From NCBI GenBank assembly GCA_963846575.1, contig CAWJWJ010000002.1, positions 2,176,001 through 2,240,000 of the forward strand: a DNA stretch of 64,000 nt. The letters run 5' to 3'. A model generated the notes under the pieces. It made no database searches. It was not told where the DNA came from and saw only the letters and a program-made list of their open reading frames with translations. The position numbers and the translations under genes are program-made. This document shows, piece by piece, positions 48,872-60,532 of this stretch. The stretch is from an uncultured Nitrospiraceae bacterium (lineage in GTDB: Bacteria > Nitrospirota > Nitrospiria > Nitrospirales > Nitrospiraceae). Numbering within the stretch: position 1 is the first letter of the stretch; each line of letters starts with the position of its first letter.

Positions 48872-49227
48872 GGTGCCTTCACTGCGGGAACTCGTTCTTT
48901 GTCACTGAGCGGGGCGAGTTGATACACCGTCTCTCCTCTCCGTACATAGCCTAACCGCTCCCGAGCCAACTCCTCGATGCGAGTCGTATCGTACTGGACA
49001 CGATCCAGGTCCGTCCGTAATTCACTGTTCAGTCGTTGCAGTTCCGACAATTCACGATCGAGCTGTTCAGCATGGTCGCGCAGGTGCAAATATCGCGAAA
49101 CTCCCATCTCACCGAACACCAGGGTTCCCATCATCAGAAGCAGAGCCCCAAGGCCCACCCATTTGCCGGCGAACCAGAGTTTCCGCTGCCAATCCAACCA
49201 GTCGCGACCACGATTGGGTTTAATCAT
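48868..49227 (-). CDS. ftsB: FtsB/DivIC septum formation initiator
   Basis: TM helix + coiled coil + IEELARERLGYVRRGE; downstream of eno. Confidence 0.88.
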   Translation of the reverse strand: MIKPNRGRDWLDWQRKLWFAGKWVGLGALLLMMGTLVFGEMGVSRYLHLRDHAEQLDRELSELQRLNSELRTDLDRVQYDTTRIEELARERLGYVRRGETVYQLAPLSDKERVPAVKAP

Positions 49228-49235
49228 AGCAATGA

Positions 49236-50564
<1,329 letters not shown>

Positions 50565-51050
50565 CTACGTCTGTCCGCTTACCCTGCGACTGTGCCGGTT
50601 CAGAAGACCATCATCTGATCGATTCGATGGCGTGAGTTCAGTTCGACCAATACCAGTTCCAGCGATCTCACCTTCTACATTCGTGAACCCATGCTTCCAC
50701 ACGATGGGCACTGATGCAGGCCACCTGACTCATCGCAACACACCCTCGATGCAGGACGCACCCCCTGCTTGGTGTAGGACTACCGGCACAGCCTCTCCGG
50801 GTCTTCCACGGTGGGCAGGGGCTCAGCCTGTCTGTAACAGCTCTCAGATCCCGCTCAAGTCGATCTCAGCCGAAGGCAGCATTGTCCCGGATCGCCTCCG
50901 CGATGTGCAGGATGTTCCGGTCAGACTTTGTGAGAGTTCCCTTACGACAAGTAACCCGTATGAGGTCCCGGCTAACCACAGACATCTCTACCATCGCGTG
51001 CTCTCGCCCATGACGTGTGCATTGCTCGGGCAGGCCGGATCCTCCGCGCC

Positions 51051-52481
51051 TCACCCCTGCAACTGTCGCTTCAGCAGCTCATTCACCTTCCCGGGATTCG
51101 CCTTCCCGCCGGAGGCCTTCATGACCTGTCCAACCAGGAAACCGAGAACCTGCTGCTTGCCTTCCTTGAATTGCGCCACTTGGGCCGGATTCTTCGTCAA
51201 GACTTCCCGGATGAGGGTGACGAGTGAACCTTCGTCCGAGACCTGGGTCAGCCCTCTTTCCTGGACGATCTGCGCTGGAGCCTTTCCCGATGCATAGACA
51301 TCTGGAAAGATCTCCCGGGCTACTTTAAGGCTGATCACATCCTGATCCACCAGCCGAAGCAACTCGACCAGGCGATCGGGTGTCACCGGGGACGCGTCCG
51401 CCTCGATTCCGGATTGATTCAATTCGCGGAGCAATTCTCCCATCACCCAATTACTGACCGTCTTAGGGTGCGGATACAACGTGACACAGGCTTCGAAATA
51501 CAAGGCCAATGCCTTGCTCGAGGTCAGAATGCCCGCGTCATACTCGGGCACTTCGTACTCCGTGATGAACCGCTGCTGCTTACTCGACGCAAGTTCAGGC
51601 AATGCCTGACGAAGCTCCTCGATCCATTGGGCCGAAATGGTCAAAGGCACGAGGTCGGGATCGGGGAAATACCGATAATCATGCGCTTCTTCCTTACTGC
51701 GCATGACTGCCGTCTCACCGCGATCGAGGTTCCAGAGGCGTGTTTCCTGATAGATCTTTCCGCCTTCGCTCAACACCTTCGTCTGCCGCCTAATTTCGTA
51801 ATCAACCGCGTCCTTGACGAATTTGAACGAGTTGATGTTCTTCAATTCCACCTTCGTCCCAAAGGTCGTCTGTCCCACGGGACGCAACGAGAGGTTGGGT
51901 TCACAACGGAAGCTCCCTTCCTCCATGTTCCCGTCGCAGACATCGAGATACATCAACAGCTCTCGTAGCGCCTTGAGATAAACCACCACCTCTTCAGAGG
52001 AACTCAAGTCCGGCTCCGTGACGATTTCCAGCAAGGGCGTGCCGGCACGATTGAGATCAACCAAACTCATGCCGCTGCCGGCCTCATGCAGATTTTTCCC
52101 CGCGTCTTCCTCCAGATGCGCCCGTCTGATCCGCACTCTTTTTCGATGCCCCGCAACTGTGATGTCGATCCAGCCGTGCTCGCAAATCGGAGCTTCGTAT
52201 TGCGAAATCTGGTATCCCTTGGGCAGGTCGGGATAAAAATAATTTTTGCGGGCGAACAGATTGTGCTGACCAATCGTGCCATTCAGCGCCAACCCGGCAC
52301 GAACCGCCATTTCCACGGCCTGTTCATTGATGACAGGAAGGCTGCCCGGCAATCCGAGACAGACCGGACAGGTCTGCGAATTGGCCGTAAGACCGAAGGT
52401 AGTCCCGCACGGACAAAAGAGCTTGGACTGAGTCCGCAGCTGTGCGTGCACTTCGACGCCGATGACGACTTCGTACGCCAC
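51051..52481 (-). CDS. gatB: Asp/Glu-tRNA amidotransferase subunit B
   Basis: IGVEVHAQL, RKNYFYPDLPKGYQISQ, HLEEDAGK, DYRYFPDPDL. Confidence 0.98.
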   Translation of the reverse strand: MAYEVVIGVEVHAQLRTQSKLFCPCGTTFGLTANSQTCPVCLGLPGSLPVINEQAVEMAVRAGLALNGTIGQHNLFARKNYFYPDLPKGYQISQYEAPICEHGWIDITVAGHRKRVRIRRAHLEEDAGKNLHEAGSGMSLVDLNRAGTPLLEIVTEPDLSSSEEVVVYLKALRELLMYLDVCDGNMEEGSFRCEPNLSLRPVGQTTFGTKVELKNINSFKFVKDAVDYEIRRQTKVLSEGGKIYQETRLWNLDRGETAVMRSKEEAHDYRYFPDPDLVPLTISAQWIEELRQALPELASSKQQRFITEYEVPEYDAGILTSSKALALYFEACVTLYPHPKTVSNWVMGELLRELNQSGIEADASPVTPDRLVELLRLVDQDVISLKVAREIFPDVYASGKAPAQIVQERGLTQVSDEGSLVTLIREVLTKNPAQVAQFKEGKQQVLGFLVGQVMKASGGKANPGKVNELLKRQLQG

Positions 52482-52483
52482 GT

Positions 52484-52804
52484 CTAGCTCTGCTCGCCCT
52501 TGGTGAAGTGCTCGCGCTCCCTCCGCATGGCCTCTCGTCCGGCATCGAAGGCATCTCGCAGCACGGTTTTCTTGGCCTCGATAAACTCGCGGCCTTCCTC
52601 GACCGCTCCCTCTAACTTTTCACCGGCTTCGCCGACCAAGTCCCGCAGTCCATCCTCGGCGCGCCGCGCATAACCGCGTAAAATCTCGCGCGATTCCTCA
52701 CCCGTTCGTGGCGCAAACAGGATCGCCATGACGGCTCCCAGGGCCGCCCCGCTCAAAAACCCTAGTAACACGGCGCCTGACGATGATCCTTCATATTCCG
52801 CCAT
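52484..52804 (-). CDS. YtxH-domain protein
   Basis: GFLSGAALGAVMAILFAPRTGEESR. Confidence 0.88.
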   Translation of the reverse strand: MAEYEGSSSGAVLLGFLSGAALGAVMAILFAPRTGEESREILRGYARRAEDGLRDLVGEAGEKLEGAVEEGREFIEAKKTVLRDAFDAGREAMRREREHFTKGEQS

Positions 52805-53195
52805 TGTGCTCCCCTCCCTGTTTAAACCGTTCCTTGACCACATGTTTCGCAGCTTTCAGACCCGCGAACAGACTCGTGACGTTAGCCAGGAGCGAACTCC
52901 CCGACCCTCGCACCAGGCTGTGAACCTGATTCACCGATTCGCCTACCTCTCCCATGGCATGCAACAGCACCGACGCATGTTCGACGCCATCGCGCGCCTG
53001 CATCGTCACATCGTTGAGGCTCTGAGTCATCAGCCGCAACTCGGCAATCAGCGTCGGCAGTTCGCTATCAAGCTTCGCCACCAACTGTTCCGCCCCGGCC
53101 GCCGTCTTTCGGACCTGAATGAGGACCGGAATGAGATATCCCACCAGTACCGCAAAAGCAATCGCGACGAGAATTGCCGCGCCCTCAATGATCAT
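52791..53195 (-). CDS. DUF948-domain membrane protein
   Basis: AILVAIAFAVLVGYLIPVL TM followed by a helical region; adjacent to YtxH. Confidence 0.82.
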   Translation of the reverse strand: MIIEGAAILVAIAFAVLVGYLIPVLIQVRKTAAGAEQLVAKLDSELPTLIAELRLMTQSLNDVTMQARDGVEHASVLLHAMGEVGESVNQVHSLVRGSGSSLLANVTSLFAGLKAAKHVVKERFKQGGEHNGGI

Positions 53196-53213
53196 ACGCA
53201 CCCCCTGTCCGGC

Positions 53214-54689
53214 TCATCGAATCGCCGGTTTCTTCGCACGCCAGGTCGTCGCCTGTTCATAGGCATGTGCCCCACGCAACAAAGTCTCCTCCTCAAACGG
53301 CCGCCCGATCAGCTGCAGACCGATGGGTAACCCCGTCTGGCTGAATCCGCAGGGAAGCGCAATCGCCGGGAGCCCGGCCAGATTGGCAGAAATGGTGAAA
53401 ATGTCGGACAAATACATTTGTAACGGATCCTGAGCCTTCTCACCGAACTTAAATGCCGGAGTGGGGGTTACCGGCGTGACGATCAGATCCACCGTTTCAA
53501 ACGCGGCCTCAAACTCCTGACGGATCAACGTCCGCACCGCCTGCGCTTTGCCATAATACGCATCGTAATAACCGGCGCTGAGCACATAGGTGCCGAGCAT
53601 GATCCGGCGTTTGACCTCCGGTCCGAATCCTTCGGCCCGGGTCTTGAGGTACATATCAAGAAGATCCTGACCGCCTTCAGCCCTCAGGCCATATTTGACC
53701 CCGTCGTAGCGCGCAAGATTGGAACTGGCCTCGGCGGTGGCAATCACATAATACGTCGCCACGGCCGCATCGGTCGTCGGCAATTTGATCTCACGAATGT
53801 CCGCGCCAAGTTCCCGAAGGACTTCAATCGCCGTCCGGACCGCCTGTTCCACCTCCGGATCCAGCCCATCGATAAAGTATTCGGAGGGAACACCCACTTT
53901 CAGTCTTCGCAAATCTTTCTTTTTGAGTGCCCTCAGATAGTCCGGAACTGGCACATTGGCCGATGTCGAGTCGCGGGGATCATGGCCTGCGATCACTCCC
54001 AGGAGGATGGCGGCATCGGTCACGTCCTTGGTGATGGGACCGATTTGATCCAGCGACGACGCGAACGCTACCAGCCCATAGCGCGAAACTCGGCCGTAGG
54101 TCGGCTTGAGCCCTACGACGCCGCAGAATGCCGCCGGCTGACGAATGGACCCTCCGGTATCAGACCCCAGGGCCGCGACACATTCATCGGCTGCTACTGC
54201 CGCCGCCGATCCGCCACTCGATCCTCCGGGAACCCGCTGGAGGCTCCATGGATTGCGGCTGGCACCGAAAGCCGAGTTTTCGGTGGATGACCCCATCGCA
54301 AATTCGTCCAGGTTCGTTTTCCCCAGCAACAGGTAATTTTGAGCCCGCAGCTTGGCGACGACGGTCGCATCATAGGGTGGCACGAAGGTCTCGAGCATCC
54401 GGGAGGCGCAGGTCGTGCGCACGCCTTCCGCGCAGATGTTGTCTTTCAAGGCCAGTGGCATAGCCATCATGGGAACCGTCTTGCGCCACCCCTTCAAGGT
54501 ACGATCAAGATTCGCCGCCTGTTCGATGGCCGCTTCCTGACATTGCGTCAGGTAGGCCTTCACCTTGGGTTCGACCTGCGTGATGCGCAAACCGTACGCA
54601 CGGACGATCTCCGTAGCCGTCACATCGCCGGCCGTAAATTTCCGCTGCAGTTCTGCCAGCGTCAGCTTATGTAGTAAGGTCAAGGACAT
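53214..54689 (-). CDS. gatA: Asp/Glu-tRNA amidotransferase subunit A
   Basis: [49 protein letters not shown]. Confidence 0.98.
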   Translation of the reverse strand: MSLTLLHKLTLAELQRKFTAGDVTATEIVRAYGLRITQVEPKVKAYLTQCQEAAIEQAANLDRTLKGWRKTVPMMAMPLALKDNICAEGVRTTCASRMLETFVPPYDATVVAKLRAQNYLLLGKTNLDEFAMGSSTENSAFGASRNPWSLQRVPGGSSGGSAAAVAADECVAALGSDTGGSIRQPAAFCGVVGLKPTYGRVSRYGLVAFASSLDQIGPITKDVTDAAILLGVIAGHDPRDSTSANVPVPDYLRALKKKDLRRLKVGVPSEYFIDGLDPEVEQAVRTAIEVLRELGADIREIKLPTTDAAVATYYVIATAEASSNLARYDGVKYGLRAEGGQDLLDMYLKTRAEGFGPEVKRRIMLGTYVLSAGYYDAYYGKAQAVRTLIRQEFEAAFETVDLIVTPVTPTPAFKFGEKAQDPLQMYLSDIFTISANLAGLPAIALPCGFSQTGLPIGLQLIGRPFEEETLLRGAHAYEQATTWRAKKPAIR

Positions 54690-55054
54690 CAGCGTTTCGT
54701 CACCTTGCGGGCAATTCGGTTCTTCGAATCGACGAGGATGATCTTCGGCTTGTGCCGGGTGATCTCCTCGTCTCCATAGTACTCGTAACAGAAAATAATA
54801 ATCTGATCCCCGACCGCGGCTTTCCTGGCGGTCGGTCCGTTCAGCACGATTTCGCCGCGCCCCCGTTTGCCCTTCATCGCGTACGTCATAAATCGCTCAC
54901 CGTTGTTCAGATTGGAGCAGACGATCGCTTCATAGGGCAAAATGCCCGCCGCATCCAGCAGGTCTTCATCCACGGTCAGACTACCTTCATACTCGAGACA
55001 GGCCTCGGTCACTGTGGCACGATGGATCTTCGCTCGTAGCATTTGTCGGAACAT
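54689..55054 (-). CDS. panD: aspartate 1-decarboxylase
   Basis: [12 protein letters not shown] self-cleavage site, [11 protein letters not shown]. Confidence 0.96.
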   Translation of the reverse strand: MFRQMLRAKIHRATVTEACLEYEGSLTVDEDLLDAAGILPYEAIVCSNLNNGERFMTYAMKGKRGRGEIVLNGPTARKAAVGDQIIIFCYEYYGDEEITRHKPKIILVDSKNRIARKVTKR

Positions 55055-55075
55055 GGGATTATCTTTTCTCCTTGC

Positions 55076-55369
55076 CTATGATTCCTGAATGATCTTCGGC
55101 ACTCGAAAACAACCGGCCTCTGCATCGGGAGCATTCCTCAAGGCCTGATCATTCGAGAGTGACGTTTGGGCCTGATCGGGACGAAACACGTTGGTCTGGC
55201 CTAATACCGTCGACGTCGGTTCCACGCCTTCGGTGGGGAACGTCTTGAGTTTCTGGACATAGGCCACAATCTGATTCAACTGTTGCGAGTAGGCGGCGGT
55301 TTCGGCTTCGGTCATCGCCAGCCTTGCCAGCTTCGCCACCTTCTCCACTTCCTGCCTGGTTATTTCCAT
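55076..55369 (-). CDS. gatC: Asp/Glu-tRNA amidotransferase subunit C
   Basis: VEKVAKLARL, VEPT, NVFR.D, NAP...FRVPKI. Confidence 0.95.
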   Translation of the reverse strand: MEITRQEVEKVAKLARLAMTEAETAAYSQQLNQIVAYVQKLKTFPTEGVEPTSTVLGQTNVFRPDQAQTSLSNDQALRNAPDAEAGCFRVPKIIQES

Positions 55370-55390
55370 CACACCCCTTCGTTTCTTCGA

Positions 55391-55510
55391 GAATGTTCAC
55401 AATAGTCTTCCGGCAAGGTCGCAGGCAGCCGGGCAACGAGGCATACCCGTTGTGATGCGTCGCAGGATGCTGAGCGGCCGAGAACGCAGTAGGGAGCCAT
55501 TCTCAACATC
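55391..55510. repeat. degenerate ~120-bp intergenic REP/MITE-like element
   Basis: Imperfect terminal inverted ends (AATGTTCA ... TCAACATC) with internal GCAAGGTCGCAG and CCGAGAACG blocks; resembles, from recall, a dispersed Nitrospira repeat; single copy in this window. Confidence 0.5.
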
Positions 55511-55513
55511 GGA

Positions 55514-57346
55514 CTATTCCACCGTCACGCTCTTCGCCAGATTACGCGGCTGATCGACATCTTCTCCCCGCAGCACCGCGATGTGGTAAGCCAATAGCTG
55601 CAACGGGATCGTAAAGAGAATCGGCGACAGCAACGGGTGCACGTCAGGAATCGTAAACACGGCGTCGGCGGTCTTGCCGAGTTCGCGTTCTCCTTCCGCG
55701 ACAAATGCAATGACCGGAGCCCGGCGCGCCTTCACCTCCATGAGATTGCTGACCGTTTTCTCGTACAACCGGTCCCGGGGCGCCAGTACGACCACCGGCA
55801 TGTCCTTATCGATCAGCGCGATCGGCCCATGTTTCATTTCTCCGGCGGCATATCCTTCCGCATGGATATAGGAAATCTCCTTGAGCTTGAGCGCTCCCTC
55901 CAAGGCGATCGGATAATTAATTCCGCGCGCCAGGTAGAGGAAGTCCGGTTTTTTGTAATAACGCTTGGCAATCGCCAGAATCTCCGCCTCCCGCCCGAGC
56001 ACATGCTTCACCAAAGCCGGCAGCGTGACTAACCGATCCAGCCAGGCCTTTCCGTCCGCCACGCTGAGGACACCGCGCACACGCCCCAAATGCAGGGCCA
56101 GCATGTACAATGCCGCGAGCTGGCTGGTGAAGGCTTTGGTCGAGGCCACGCCGATCTCCGGCCCGCAGTGCGTATATAAGACGCCATCGGACTCGCGCGC
56201 CAGGGTGCTGCCCACCACATTGACGATGGATACGACGCGCGCCCCCTTCTGCTTCGCTTCGCGCGCTGCGGCCAGGGTGTCGGCGGTTTCGCCCGATTGC
56301 GAGATGGTGATGAACAGATCGTTCTTCTGGACCAGCGGATCGCGATACCGAAACTCGCTGCCGATATCGACCTGTACCGGCGTACGGACCATTTCTTCCA
56401 GGAGATACTTTCCGACCAGCCCCGCATGCCAGCTCGTGCCGCACGCCACAATCCAGATCTGCCCGACGTCGGCGAACTGTTCGGGCGTCAGTCCGATATC
56501 CGGCAAATCGGCTTCGCCGCTCTCGTAGGAATAACGACCACGGATGGTATCCAGAATCGTCTGGGGCTGCTCGTGAATCTCCTTCAACATGAAGTGCGGA
56601 TACCCGCTCTTCTCTGCGGCCGACGCGTCCCACGTCACGGTCGTCTTTTTGCGTTTGACCGGCTTTCCGTCGAGATCGGTGAACGTACTCTCATCCGCCT
56701 TTACCTCGACAACGTCCCCTTCTTCCAAAAACGTCACGTCCCTTGTATAGGACAGCATGGCCATCACATCGGACCCCACGAAGGCCGCCTCCGCCGTGCG
56801 GCCGACCACCAGCGGACAGCCGGATCGGGCAGCGACCAGAAGACCGGGCTCGCGTTCAGCAATCACCGCCAGCGCATAACTGCCGCGGATCTCCTTGGCT
56901 GTTGCCCGCACCGCATCCGCCAGGCCAAGGCCATCCTTCTTCATGTATTTGTCGATCAGATGCGCCACCACTTCGGTATCGGTCTCAGACTGAAACCGGT
57001 AACCGTCTTTGACCAGCCGCTGCTTGAGCTCTACGTAGTTCTCGATGATCCCGTTATGCACCAGGACACAGCTCTCGGAGCGATGGGGGTGCGCGTTCTG
57101 TTCGGAGGGCTTGCCGTGCGTCGCCCACCGCGTATGGCCGATCCCGCACGTCCCGGCCAGATTCTTCTGCGCCAGCGACTTTTGGAGGTTGACCAGTTTC
57201 CCCACGCTCCGGCGGATTTCGATCTTTTCCCCTTGCTGGATCGCTACGCCGGATGAGTCATACCCCCGGTATTCCAGCTTCGACAGCCCGTTCAACAAAA
57301 TCGGAACCGCGTCTTGATTTCCCACGTAGCCAACGATGCCACACAT
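55514..57346 (-). CDS. glmS: glutamine--fructose-6-phosphate aminotransferase
   Basis: MCGIVG, LEYRGYDS, GHTRWATHG, SQSGETADT, PRNLAKSVTVE. Confidence 0.98.
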   Translation of the reverse strand: MCGIVGYVGNQDAVPILLNGLSKLEYRGYDSSGVAIQQGEKIEIRRSVGKLVNLQKSLAQKNLAGTCGIGHTRWATHGKPSEQNAHPHRSESCVLVHNGIIENYVELKQRLVKDGYRFQSETDTEVVAHLIDKYMKKDGLGLADAVRATAKEIRGSYALAVIAEREPGLLVAARSGCPLVVGRTAEAAFVGSDVMAMLSYTRDVTFLEEGDVVEVKADESTFTDLDGKPVKRKKTTVTWDASAAEKSGYPHFMLKEIHEQPQTILDTIRGRYSYESGEADLPDIGLTPEQFADVGQIWIVACGTSWHAGLVGKYLLEEMVRTPVQVDIGSEFRYRDPLVQKNDLFITISQSGETADTLAAAREAKQKGARVVSIVNVVGSTLARESDGVLYTHCGPEIGVASTKAFTSQLAALYMLALHLGRVRGVLSVADGKAWLDRLVTLPALVKHVLGREAEILAIAKRYYKKPDFLYLARGINYPIALEGALKLKEISYIHAEGYAAGEMKHGPIALIDKDMPVVVLAPRDRLYEKTVSNLMEVKARRAPVIAFVAEGERELGKTADAVFTIPDVHPLLSPILFTIPLQLLAYHIAVLRGEDVDQPRNLAKSVTVE

Positions 57347-57355
57347 AGGTCCTCG

Positions 57356-58939
57356 TTACCTCCGCTTCGAGCGTTGAACCGCCGCTTGCTTCTTCTGTAC
57401 GGACTTCGTCGAGCCCTTCACGGCTTTCGAGCCTTTTGCAGCTTGCTCTCCCGGGGTCGGAGCCGCCGCCTCCCCGCTCTGTAACGCCCTCCGTCTCGCC
57501 GCCCAACCCTGGCGGGTCACCTGCGGTACCCGCGAGAGCACCAGGGCATCGGCCGGCACATCCTCGGTCACGGTGGTGCCGGCCGCGATTATGGCGCCCG
57601 ATCCGATGGTGACCGGCGCGATCAATTGTGCGTCGCTTCCAATGAACACCCGGTCCCCGATCACCGTCTGGAATTTTTTCCACCCATCATAGTTGCAAGT
57701 GATCGTCCCGGCTCCGATATTGACACCCGTTCCGATCTGCGCGTCGCCGAGATACGTGAGGTGATTGGCCTTCGATCCCTCGCCGAGATCTGTCTTCTTC
57801 ATCTCGACGAAATTGCCGACCTTCGCTTTGCGTCGGACGATCGAACCCGGCCGCAAATGCGCAAACGGCCCGAGATGCGCGTCCTCCTCAACCTGAGACT
57901 CGCGCAAGATGCAGTGATCCAGAATCTCCACCCTGGGCCCGATGGTGCAGTCGGTAATTCGCGACCCGGAGTGAACGACTGCCTCGTCTCCGATCACCGT
58001 CCGGCCCTCGAGCGTCACGTTGGGATAGAGAACCGTGTCACGACCAATCGTCACGTCGGCATCGATCCAGGTGGAGGCGGGATCCCGCATCGTCACGCCG
58101 GCCTCCAGCCAGCGCTCGCGTATCCGTTGCCGGATCACCCGTTCAGCCTCCGCCAGCTGAACACGACTGTTGATGCCCAGTCCTTCGTCCAGCGTGCGCA
58201 GGCGCATGGCCGACACGGTACGCCCCTGCTGCACGGCCATCTGCACGATGTCGGTCAGGTAATACTCACCTTGCGCATTGCGTGGATCGAGCTTGTCCAG
58301 CGCCGGAAACAGAAAATCTCCGTCCACCACATAGGTCCCCACATTGATTTCTCGCACGCGTCGGTCGTCCTCGGAGGCATCCTTGTCTTCAATAATGGTT
58401 TGCACGGCGTTATCCGCATCCCCGTGCAGCCATTCATCGCGTCGACGACGGAGAACGCGGCCATAACCCGACGCATCGTCAAGCACGGCGGTCAGCAGGG
58501 TGACCGCGGCGCGCTGCCTCTCGTGCATCGCGAGGAGTTCACGCACCGTCGCTTCCGTGAGCAGGGGCGTGTCGCCATTCAGGATCAAATAACGTGACGG
58601 CTTTCGATGCGTCTCCCCGACGAACAGAGAACGGGCTTGCAACACGGCATGGCCGGTTCCCAATTGCCGGGTCTGCTCAGCCACGGCCACTTGGCCACCC
58701 GCCCCTTCGACAATCTTTCGGACATCCGTGCCTTGATGCCCCACCACGACCGCGACGCCCTGGTCCGCCAAACGGCAGGCGATGTCGACGACGTACAGCA
58801 CCATCGGGCGGCCCGCTACCGGATGAAGCACCTTAGCCAGGGCCGACTTCATGCGCTTGCCGAGCCCTGCCGCCATGATGATGACACCAAGCCCGGGCAA
58901 GAAAGACAGGCCGTCGTTGGATTTCCGCGAGTGAGTCAT
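57356..58939 (-). CDS. glmU: bifunctional UDP-GlcNAc pyrophosphorylase / glucosamine-1-P acetyltransferase
   Basis: AAGLGKRMKS, LGTGHAV, NAQGEYYLTD, GNFVEMK, HLTYLGDA, GAGTITCNYDG. Confidence 0.97.
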   Translation of the reverse strand: MTHSRKSNDGLSFLPGLGVIIMAAGLGKRMKSALAKVLHPVAGRPMVLYVVDIACRLADQGVAVVVGHQGTDVRKIVEGAGGQVAVAEQTRQLGTGHAVLQARSLFVGETHRKPSRYLILNGDTPLLTEATVRELLAMHERQRAAVTLLTAVLDDASGYGRVLRRRRDEWLHGDADNAVQTIIEDKDASEDDRRVREINVGTYVVDGDFLFPALDKLDPRNAQGEYYLTDIVQMAVQQGRTVSAMRLRTLDEGLGINSRVQLAEAERVIRQRIRERWLEAGVTMRDPASTWIDADVTIGRDTVLYPNVTLEGRTVIGDEAVVHSGSRITDCTIGPRVEILDHCILRESQVEEDAHLGPFAHLRPGSIVRRKAKVGNFVEMKKTDLGEGSKANHLTYLGDAQIGTGVNIGAGTITCNYDGWKKFQTVIGDRVFIGSDAQLIAPVTIGSGAIIAAGTTVTEDVPADALVLSRVPQVTRQGWAARRRALQSGEAAAPTPGEQAAKGSKAVKGSTKSVQKKQAAVQRSKRR

Positions 58940-58997
58940 AGAGACCTTCGATTGAACATAAACAGACCGGTACTCCCGCCGTCGGTCGGCGCCGCGA

Positions 58998-59672
58998 TCA
59001 CGTGACCTGCATGCCTGCGCCAGGCTGTTTGATCGTCGACCATTTTTTCCCGCTTGCCTGCGCGGCGGACCCTGCCACGGAGGTTGACGTATACAGGCCC
59101 CCGGACACGATCAACTTCATGGCTTCTTCAACCGTGATATCTACGGCGATCACTTCCCCCTCGGGTACCAGCAGAAAATATCCGGAGGTGGGGTTGGGCG
59201 AAGTCGGCACATACACATGGACCAATGGATCCGGCGAGAGCTGCTGCATGTCTCCTTTTGTCACGCCGGTCACAAAGGCGAAACAATAATGACCGTTCTT
59301 GGGAAATTGGATCAAGACCACGCGGCGGTAGCTCTCTCGTTCGGCAAACGACAGGATATCCATCATCGACTTGATGGTGGAATAAATCCCGCGCACGACC
59401 GGGACTCGATTGAGAAGGTTTTCCCACTGGCGAACGACCTGTCGTCCGATGAAGTTCGCCCCAAGAAGCCCGGTGACAAAAATGAGCAGTACCAGCGCCA
59501 CGATCCCCAAGCCCGGCACATAATAGCCGGGGGTTACCAGGCGGGCGGTCGCATTTCCAAGAATTCCGTCCAGGCTGACAAAGAGCGTCTTCAAAATGAG
59601 GACGGTCCCCCAGAAGGGAATCATGACCAGCAAACCGGTCAGAAAATAACGTTTTAACGAGGCTTTCAACAT
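58998..59672 (-). CDS. DUF502 membrane protein
   Basis: YFLTGLLV.IP, RVPVVRGIY, VYVPTSPNPTSG, LIVSGG. Confidence 0.92.
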   Translation of the reverse strand: MLKASLKRYFLTGLLVMIPFWGTVLILKTLFVSLDGILGNATARLVTPGYYVPGLGIVALVLLIFVTGLLGANFIGRQVVRQWENLLNRVPVVRGIYSTIKSMMDILSFAERESYRRVVLIQFPKNGHYCFAFVTGVTKGDMQQLSPDPLVHVYVPTSPNPTSGYFLLVPEGEVIAVDITVEEAMKLIVSGGLYTSTSVAGSAAQASGKKWSTIKQPGAGMQVT

Positions 59673-59803
59673 GTATGGCTGAGGGGTCCCAGGTAGAGCG
59701 TCATGATACTGGGCTTCTACCAGTCCTCGCAAGCCTTTTCTTGCTATTTTCAATCACTTGGACTAGGATCCGGCCCTTCCTACTCGAGGGTTTTCGACCT
59801 GTA

Positions 59804-60532
59804 ATGATGACTCAGCAAAGGCGACCCGCGCGAGGCCTGTTGGTGACGTTCGAGGGCATCGAAGGGTGCGGTAAATCGACCCAGGCCAGGCTGCTCGGCG
59901 ACTATCTCCGGAGCGAAGGGTACGTCATCCTGGAAACCAGAGAACCCGGCGGCACCCCGCTGGCCGAAAAAGTCCGATCGGTCCTTCTGGATCGCGCGCA
60001 CGAACCTGTCGCGCCCGAGACTGAAGCCTTCCTGATCTTCGCCGCCCGACGCCAACATGTCATGCAGGTGATCGAGCCTGCCCTCGCGAAAGGTGCGATC
60101 GTGCTCTGCGACCGGTTCAGCGACTCCACCCTGGCCTATCAAGGATATGCGCGGGGATTACGTCTCTCAACGCTTCGCACGCTCAACCGGCTCGCGACCC
60201 GGGCGATCGAACCGGATCTCACGTTGGTCTTCGATCTCCCGGTGACCACCGGCCTGGCGCGACGACGATCCGCCGCAGTACAAAATCGACTCGATCGTGA
60301 ATCCCTCCAATTCCATCGGAAGGTTCGCGCCGGATTTCTCGACCTGGCCCAGCAAAATCCGGGACGCATGAAGATCATTCCCGCAGGCGGAACCCCGGAG
60401 AAGGTCGCTCGCGCGGTCGCACGGAGCATCACGCCGATGCTCAGCCGGTATCGTCCCGACACCCTACAGCCCCGGTCGGCACCGCGACCGCCTTCCCCCC
60501 CGTCACCACGGACGCGACATGCCCTTCGCTGA
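59804..60532 (+). CDS. tmk: thymidylate kinase
   Basis: FEGIEGCGKSTQ, TREPGGT, DRFSDSTLAYQG. Confidence 0.96.
   Translation: MMTQQRRPARGLLVTFEGIEGCGKSTQARLLGDYLRSEGYVILETREPGGTPLAEKVRSVLLDRAHEPVAPETEAFLIFAARRQHVMQVIEPALAKGAIVLCDRFSDSTLAYQGYARGLRLSTLRTLNRLATRAIEPDLTLVFDLPVTTGLARRRSAAVQNRLDRESLQFHRKVRAGFLDLAQQNPGRMKIIPAGGTPEKVARAVARSITPMLSRYRPDTLQPRSAPRPPSPPSPRTRHALR

Noticed and set aside
50578..50600. GGCAC-containing sigma-54-like site upstream of eno
   Set aside because: The -12 GC is absent at the required spacing.
50632..51297. 221-aa plus-strand ORF
   Set aside because: Overlaps gatB antisense, has a Pro/Ser/Cys-rich non-protein-like composition and no motif.
57347..57355. glmS ribozyme
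   Set aside because: glmU ends 9 bp before glmS, leaving no room, and no matching sequence is present.
56297..58597. Long plus-strand ORFs of 319 aa and 323 aa (also 27870-28682, 61497-62459 and many shorter ones)
   Set aside because: They are antisense shadows of glmS, glmU, wzt and metG caused by GC3 bias and carry no protein motifs.
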